32,000 nt of DNA from positions 1 to 32,000 of the forward strand of contig NZ_JHXR01000003.1 in NCBI RefSeq assembly GCF_000621645.1, in the 5' to 3' direction. Positions within the stretch are counted from its first letter, which is position 1; each line of letters begins with the position of its first letter. The notes under the pieces are model-generated. The model was not told the DNA's origin. It searched no databases and saw nothing but the letters and a program-made list of their open reading frames with translations. Positions 27,401-32,000 of this stretch are shown one piece after another. This stretch comes from Vibrio cholerae ATCC 14035 (GTDB lineage Bacteria; Pseudomonadota; Gammaproteobacteria; Enterobacterales; Vibrionaceae). The translations under genes were made by a program, and so were the position numbers.

Positions 27401-28021
27401 ATGGCTGACAAAGAAAAACTTTCAGCACTCATGGATGGCGAGATGATCGACAATGAGCTGATTTTAGGATTGGCTCAGGATCAAGATGCACGTGACACGT
27501 GGAAAAACTATCATCTGATCGGTGATGTACTCCGTGGAGAGGCACCGATTCACAAAGAATGGAATATCGCTGAAAGTGTCGCCTTGGCGCTGGAAAATGA
27601 ACCTGCGCACAATCCGCTACACCACTCAACGAACGTGATTGACTTGCAACAGGCAAGACTGGAAGCGCAGCCTAAACCGCAACAGGCTAAACGTCAGTTG
27701 CCTGCTTGGTTGTCTCAGTTTGGTCAAGTCGGTATCGCCGCTTGTGTCTCGTTGGCGGTTATTTTCGGCGTACAACAGTATGGCGGACAAAGCTCAGGCG
27801 TGGAAAATGAACTGCCTGTGCTGCAAACCATTCCTCTTGCTGGAAGCGCTGAGCCAGTGAGTTTGACTCGTGATTCGGTGGAAAAGCATGCGCCAGACAG
27901 CAGCATGCAAGAGCAACGTCGCCGCGTAAACGCCTTGCTGCAGGACTACGAACTGCAATTACGCCTAAACAGTGAGAATAGTGCTTCTCACCAACACCCA
28001 GTTGAATCGGTTGTGGAATGA
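27401..28021 (+). CDS. rseA: Anti-sigma-E factor RseA (206 aa from ATG 27401)
   Basis: KEKLSALMDGE (E. coli MQKEQLSALMDGE), the TM segment GIAACVSLAVIFGVQQY, and QEQRRRVNALLQDYELQ match. Two upstream in-frame ATGs (27383, 27389) cannot be excluded. Confidence 0.9.
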   Translation: MADKEKLSALMDGEMIDNELILGLAQDQDARDTWKNYHLIGDVLRGEAPIHKEWNIAESVALALENEPAHNPLHHSTNVIDLQQARLEAQPKPQQAKRQLPAWLSQFGQVGIAACVSLAVIFGVQQYGGQSSGVENELPVLQTIPLAGSAEPVSLTRDSVEKHAPDSSMQEQRRRVNALLQDYELQLRLNSENSASHQHPVESVVE

Positions 28022-28968
28022 AGAAACTTTTGATCAGTGCGCTGACACTGTTCTGTGTAAATTCAACTACCGCCTTTGCAGAGGCGTTGTTGTATCAGAT
28101 GAATGAAGCCAGCCAACATCTCAATTACGAACTCTCATACATCTTGGTTAAGAAAAACAGCATTGAGCCCTTGTTGTATCGTCATGCTCGGCAAGATGAT
28201 CAACAACTGGCGCATTTGGTGTACTTGAGCGGCCCCGTGCGTGAAGTGATCCGCCGTGGTGATGAAGTGAGTTACATCGAGCCGGGTGTCGAGCCTTTTA
28301 CGATTGAATCGGGCAATATGGTGGCTCCAACCATCCCCATGTTGCACACGGATGTGGCGGAGTTGAGCCGCTACTATGACTTCGTGAAAGTCGGGCGCGC
28401 CCGTGAAGCGGGGGCAGCGTGCCAAGTACTGCGCGTGGTTCCGAAAGATGGTTTACGCTACTCGTATGTTGTCTGGGTCGATGAAAAAAGCCATTTGCCT
28501 TTAAGGGCGGATTTGCTGGATCGCGATGGCGAAGTGCTTGAGCAGTATCGCACCATTTCATTTTCGGTCAGCGAGCGTTTGGCCGAAATCATGGCAGGGC
28601 TAAACAAGGTGCAACTGCCTGAAGTCCTTAAGTTGCCAAAAGGCAGTGTGCAAGAGACCTTCTGGCAAGTCACTTGGGTTCCGGATGGTTTTCAAGCCAT
28701 GGAGCTGAATCGTTATCGTATGGCAATGACAGAGCGTTTGGTGGAAAGCCAGATGTATTCGGACGGCCTGTTTAATTTCTCAGTGTATGTCTCTGCCAGT
28801 GATAACTACTCACTCAAAGGTCAGTTGGTTCGACAAGGCCGCCGTACTTTGCACAGTGTCGTCAAAGGTGAGAATGAAATTTCGGTAGTGGGCGATATTC
28901 CTCCTGCGACTGCGCAACGTATCGCTCAATCGGTGATGTTTGGTGTCGGTGGAGTGAAAGCGCAATGA
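28018..28968 (+). CDS. rseB: Sigma-E regulatory protein RseB (316 aa)
   Basis: It has a signal peptide MKKLLISALTLFCVNSTTAFA and MucB/RseB family similarity (LNYELSYILVK...). ATGA overlaps the rseA stop. Confidence 0.92.
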   Translation: MKKLLISALTLFCVNSTTAFAEALLYQMNEASQHLNYELSYILVKKNSIEPLLYRHARQDDQQLAHLVYLSGPVREVIRRGDEVSYIEPGVEPFTIESGNMVAPTIPMLHTDVAELSRYYDFVKVGRAREAGAACQVLRVVPKDGLRYSYVVWVDEKSHLPLRADLLDRDGEVLEQYRTISFSVSERLAEIMAGLNKVQLPEVLKLPKGSVQETFWQVTWVPDGFQAMELNRYRMAMTERLVESQMYSDGLFNFSVYVSASDNYSLKGQLVRQGRRTLHSVVKGENEISVVGDIPPATAQRIAQSVMFGVGGVKAQ

Positions 28969-29435
28969 TGACGGCATTGGCTACGGTGACCAAAGTGGTA
29001 CCCGCTCAACAAGGATTTCAAGTGACGCTGAGTTGTGAACAGCAAACCAGTTGCAGCAGTTGCCAATCCTCGAAAAGCTGCGGTACGGGCATCGTCTCTA
29101 AAGCGTTCGGTAACAAAACCCTATTCTGGCGTTTACAAACCACACAAGCCCTAGAAGCGGGTGAGGTGGTCGAGATTGGTTTGCCGGAAAAGAGCGTGCT
29201 GCAGTCGGCGGCGCTCGTCTATTTATTACCGCTGTTTTTCATGATGCTGGGTGCATGGCTTGGCGATCAATGGCTGGCCCCTATGTTGGGTTTTGGAGAG
29301 GGGATAGTGATCCTTACTGCACTGCTCTTTATTGCGCTCGGTGTATGGGTTGCCAAACATTATGCGAAAGTGCTGGAGCTACGCTCTCAGCAGCAAGTGG
29401 TTTTGTTACGAAAACTGGGTATCCCGGTTGCCTAA
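28965..29435 (+). CDS. rseC: SoxR-reducing system / sigma-E regulatory protein RseC (156 aa)
   Basis: It has a Cys cluster CEQQTSCSSCQSSKSCG, two C-terminal TM helices, and an ATGA overlap with the rseB stop. It is the fourth gene of rpoE-rseABC. Confidence 0.9.
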   Translation: MMTALATVTKVVPAQQGFQVTLSCEQQTSCSSCQSSKSCGTGIVSKAFGNKTLFWRLQTTQALEAGEVVEIGLPEKSVLQSAALVYLLPLFFMMLGAWLGDQWLAPMLGFGEGIVILTALLFIALGVWVAKHYAKVLELRSQQQVVLLRKLGIPVA

Positions 29436-29488
29436 ATTATGATGCGAACCCCAACGAAATTGGGTAGAATCGCCCAACTTGAATGAAT

Positions 29489-29509
29489 AGCCGCCAACGC
29501 GGCTTTTCT
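29489..29509 (+). terminator. Weak terminator-like hairpin after rseC
   Basis: agccgc-caac-gcggct followed by tttct. The stem and the U-run are both short. Confidence 0.4.
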
Positions 29510-29547
29510 ATGTCCTTATTATTTAAGAGTTTAGTCATCCCAAACCT

Positions 29548-31341
29548 ATGAAGCACATTCGTAACTTTTCGATTATCGCCCACATTGACCATGGTAAATC
29601 GACTCTATCTGACCGTTTAATCCAAGTCTGTGGCGGCTTGAGCGATCGTGAAATGGCCGAGCAAGTTCTTGACTCTATGGATCTGGAACGTGAGCGTGGC
29701 ATCACCATTAAAGCGCAGAGTGTGACTCTCGACTATACAGCGAAAGATGGCCAAACCTATCAACTGAACTTTATCGACACCCCAGGACACGTTGACTTCG
29801 CGTACGAAGTATCACGTTCATTGGCGGCGTGTGAAGGCGCACTGTTGGTGGTGGATGCGGGGCAAGGCGTAGAAGCGCAAACCCTAGCAAACTGCTATAC
29901 CGCGATCGAAATGGATCTGGAAGTCGTGCCCATTCTGAACAAGATTGACCTGCCGGCGGCAGAGCCTGAGCGTGTGGCGGAAGAGATTGAAGACATCGTC
30001 GGTATCGATGCGATTGATGCTGTGCGTTGCTCGGCGAAAACCGGTGTGGGCGTGGATGAAGTTCTCGAGAAAATCGTTTCTGCCATCCCTGCGCCACAAG
30101 GCGATCCTGATGCACCGTTGCAAGCGCTGATCATCGACTCATGGTTTGATAACTACTTAGGTGTGGTTTCTCTGGTTCGTATTAAAAACGGTAGCCTGAA
30201 GAAAAACGACAAGATCAAAGTGATGAGCACCGGCCAAACTTGGGGTGTGGATCGCTTAGGTATTTTCACACCAAAACAAGTGGATACCGATTCACTGGAC
30301 ACTGGCGAAGTAGGCTGGGTAGTGTGTGGTATCAAAGACATCATGGGCGCACCGGTGGGGGATACCCTGACCTTAGCGAAGAACGGTTGTGAAAAAGCGC
30401 TGCCGGGCTTTAAAAAGGTGAAACCTCAAGTGTATGCGGGCTTGTTCCCAGTCTCATCTGATGACTATGACAACTTCCGTGATGCACTGGGTAAACTGAG
30501 CCTTAATGACGCGTCGCTGTTTTATGAGCCAGAAACGTCGGCAGCGCTCGGCTTTGGTTTCCGTTGTGGCTTCCTTGGTATGCTGCACATGGAGATCATC
30601 CAAGAGCGTTTAGAGCGCGAATACGATCTCGACCTCATCACCACGGCACCAACCGTAGTGTATGAAGTGCTCAAGACCAACAAAGAGATCGTCTACGTTG
30701 ATAGCCCAGCTAAACTGCCAGCCATCAACGATATCGAAGAGATCCGCGAGCCGATCGCGCGTTGTAACATTCTGGTTCCTGCGGATTACCTGGGTAACGT
30801 GATCACTCTGTGTATCGAGAAACGAGGTACTCAGGTGGACATGGTTTACCACGGTAACCAAGTGGCGCTGACTTACGACATCCCGATGGCCGAAGTGGTT
30901 CTGGATTTCTTTGACCGCTTGAAATCGACTTCTCGTGGCTACGCGTCACTGGATTACGGTTTCCAACGTTTTGAAATGTCGCACATGGTGCGTGTGGATG
31001 TGCTGCTCAACGGCGACAAAGTGGACGCCTTGGCGATCATTACCCACCGTGACAACTCGCAAACCCGTGGTCGTCAATTGGTTGAGAAGATGAAAGAGTT
31101 CATTCCTCGCCAGATGTTCGATATCGCGATCCAAGCGGCAATCGGTAACCACATCATCGCGCGCTCTACCGTGAAGCAGTTACGTAAAAACGTACTGGCG
31201 AAATGTTACGGTGGTGACGTGAGCCGTAAGAAGAAACTGCTGAAGAAGCAGAAAGAAGGTAAGAAACGGATGAAGCAGATCGGTAACGTTGAGCTGCCAC
31301 AAGAAGCGTTCCTTGCCATTCTGCATGTCGGCAAAGACTAA
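29548..31341 (+). CDS. lepA: Translation elongation factor 4 (LepA) (597 aa)
   Basis: [26 protein letters not shown]..., [14 protein letters not shown] and the C-terminal LepA domain are very similar to E. coli LepA. Confidence 0.98.
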   Translation: MKHIRNFSIIAHIDHGKSTLSDRLIQVCGGLSDREMAEQVLDSMDLERERGITIKAQSVTLDYTAKDGQTYQLNFIDTPGHVDFAYEVSRSLAACEGALLVVDAGQGVEAQTLANCYTAIEMDLEVVPILNKIDLPAAEPERVAEEIEDIVGIDAIDAVRCSAKTGVGVDEVLEKIVSAIPAPQGDPDAPLQALIIDSWFDNYLGVVSLVRIKNGSLKKNDKIKVMSTGQTWGVDRLGIFTPKQVDTDSLDTGEVGWVVCGIKDIMGAPVGDTLTLAKNGCEKALPGFKKVKPQVYAGLFPVSSDDYDNFRDALGKLSLNDASLFYEPETSAALGFGFRCGFLGMLHMEIIQERLEREYDLDLITTAPTVVYEVLKTNKEIVYVDSPAKLPAINDIEEIREPIARCNILVPADYLGNVITLCIEKRGTQVDMVYHGNQVALTYDIPMAEVVLDFFDRLKSTSRGYASLDYGFQRFEMSHMVRVDVLLNGDKVDALAIITHRDNSQTRGRQLVEKMKEFIPRQMFDIAIQAAIGNHIIARSTVKQLRKNVLAKCYGGDVSRKKKLLKKQKEGKKRMKQIGNVELPQEAFLAILHVGKD

Positions 31342-31432
31342 TTTCTTTGCTGGCTTCAGACTTATTGGTTTAACACATGAGTGAAAGGGTTTCGGCTCTT
31401 TCACTTTCGTATTTTTTAGATAAGGGAAGTCA

Positions 31433-32000
31433 ATGGCGAACACATTCTCACTGATTTTGGTGATCGTAACTCTGGTCACCGGTATCGTCTGGACACTGGA
31501 AAAGCTGGTGTGGGCGAAAAAACGCCAACAGAAACAAGCTCATTTACAGGCGCAAACGCCCGATATGCCAGCCTCAGCGCTGGATAAAGTCGTGGCTCAG
31601 CCGTGGTGGATTGAAAACAGTGTCTCGATTTTCCCTGTTATTGCTTTTGTGCTGGTACTGCGCTCGTTCATTTATGAACCGTTCCAAATTCCATCCGGTT
31701 CGATGATGCCGACTCTGCTGGTCGGGGATTTTATTCTGGTTGAGAAATACGCTTACGGCTTGAAAGATCCGGTATGGCGCACTCAGTTAGTGGAAACGGG
31801 TAAACCTGAGCGTGGTGATATTGTGGTGTTCAAATACCCAGTGAACCCTGAGATCGACTACATCAAACGTGTGGTGGGGATGCCCGGAGATACCGTACGT
31901 TACAGCGCAGGTAAAGAGCTGTGTATTCAGCACCAAGGCGAGAGCGAATGCCAAGCAGTTAAACTCTCTAACGTGCAAGAGAGCGAGTTTTACCAAAATG
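31433..32000 (+). CDS. lepB: Signal peptidase I, N-terminal part (runs off the window; absent from the ORF track because it has no stop)
   Basis: Hand translation from ATG 31433 gives [31 protein letters not shown]... and later ...[44 protein letters not shown]. This matches E. coli LepB (MANMFALILVIATLVTGILW..., [32 protein letters not shown]). An SD aagggaag lies upstream. Confidence 0.93.
   Translation, partial: [189 protein letters not shown]

Overview
The window reads as a core chromosomal segment of a Vibrio, with gene order and protein sequences closest to V. cholerae chromosome I. I judged this from memory of E. coli and Vibrio orthologues; no search was possible. Left to right it contains: the 3' end of an rrn operon (23S tail, 5S, tRNA-Thr, second 5S, terminator); a secreted DUF547 protein; leuDCBA on the minus strand with its Leu-rich leader peptide and attenuator; a TetR regulator, a PAP2 phosphatase and a GT-B glycosyltransferase; leuO behind a very AT-rich 300 bp upstream region; an AMP-forming long-chain acyl-CoA ligase; ilvIH; an ERIC-type palindromic repeat; serA; rpiA; the ygfA, 6S RNA (ssrS) and zapA block; ygfB-ubiH-ubiI; a small YtfK-like (DUF1107) gene; a gene-free spacer of about 630 bp; ygfZ; sdhE-ygfX; nadB; rpoE-rseABC with a sigma-E type promoter; lepA; and the start of lepB. 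I saw no CRISPR array, transposase, integrase, phage genes or obvious defence system. Most of the window is ordinary housekeeping DNA. The items most worth a second look are: (1) the translationally coupled PAP2 + glycosyltransferase pair, with a TetR gene and a Pho-box-like promoter, sitting where E. coli has leuO directly next to leuA; (2) an orphan, strong Rho-independent terminator and stem-loop inside the 630 bp spacer downstream of ygfZ, which could mark an sRNA or 3'UTR-derived RNA; (3) the 6S RNA packed flush between the zapA stop and the ygfA start codon; (4) a Leu/Ile/Val-rich mini-ORF upstream of ilvIH. All functional readings of these are inference. RNA ends and regulatory-site coordinates are approximate to a few nt.
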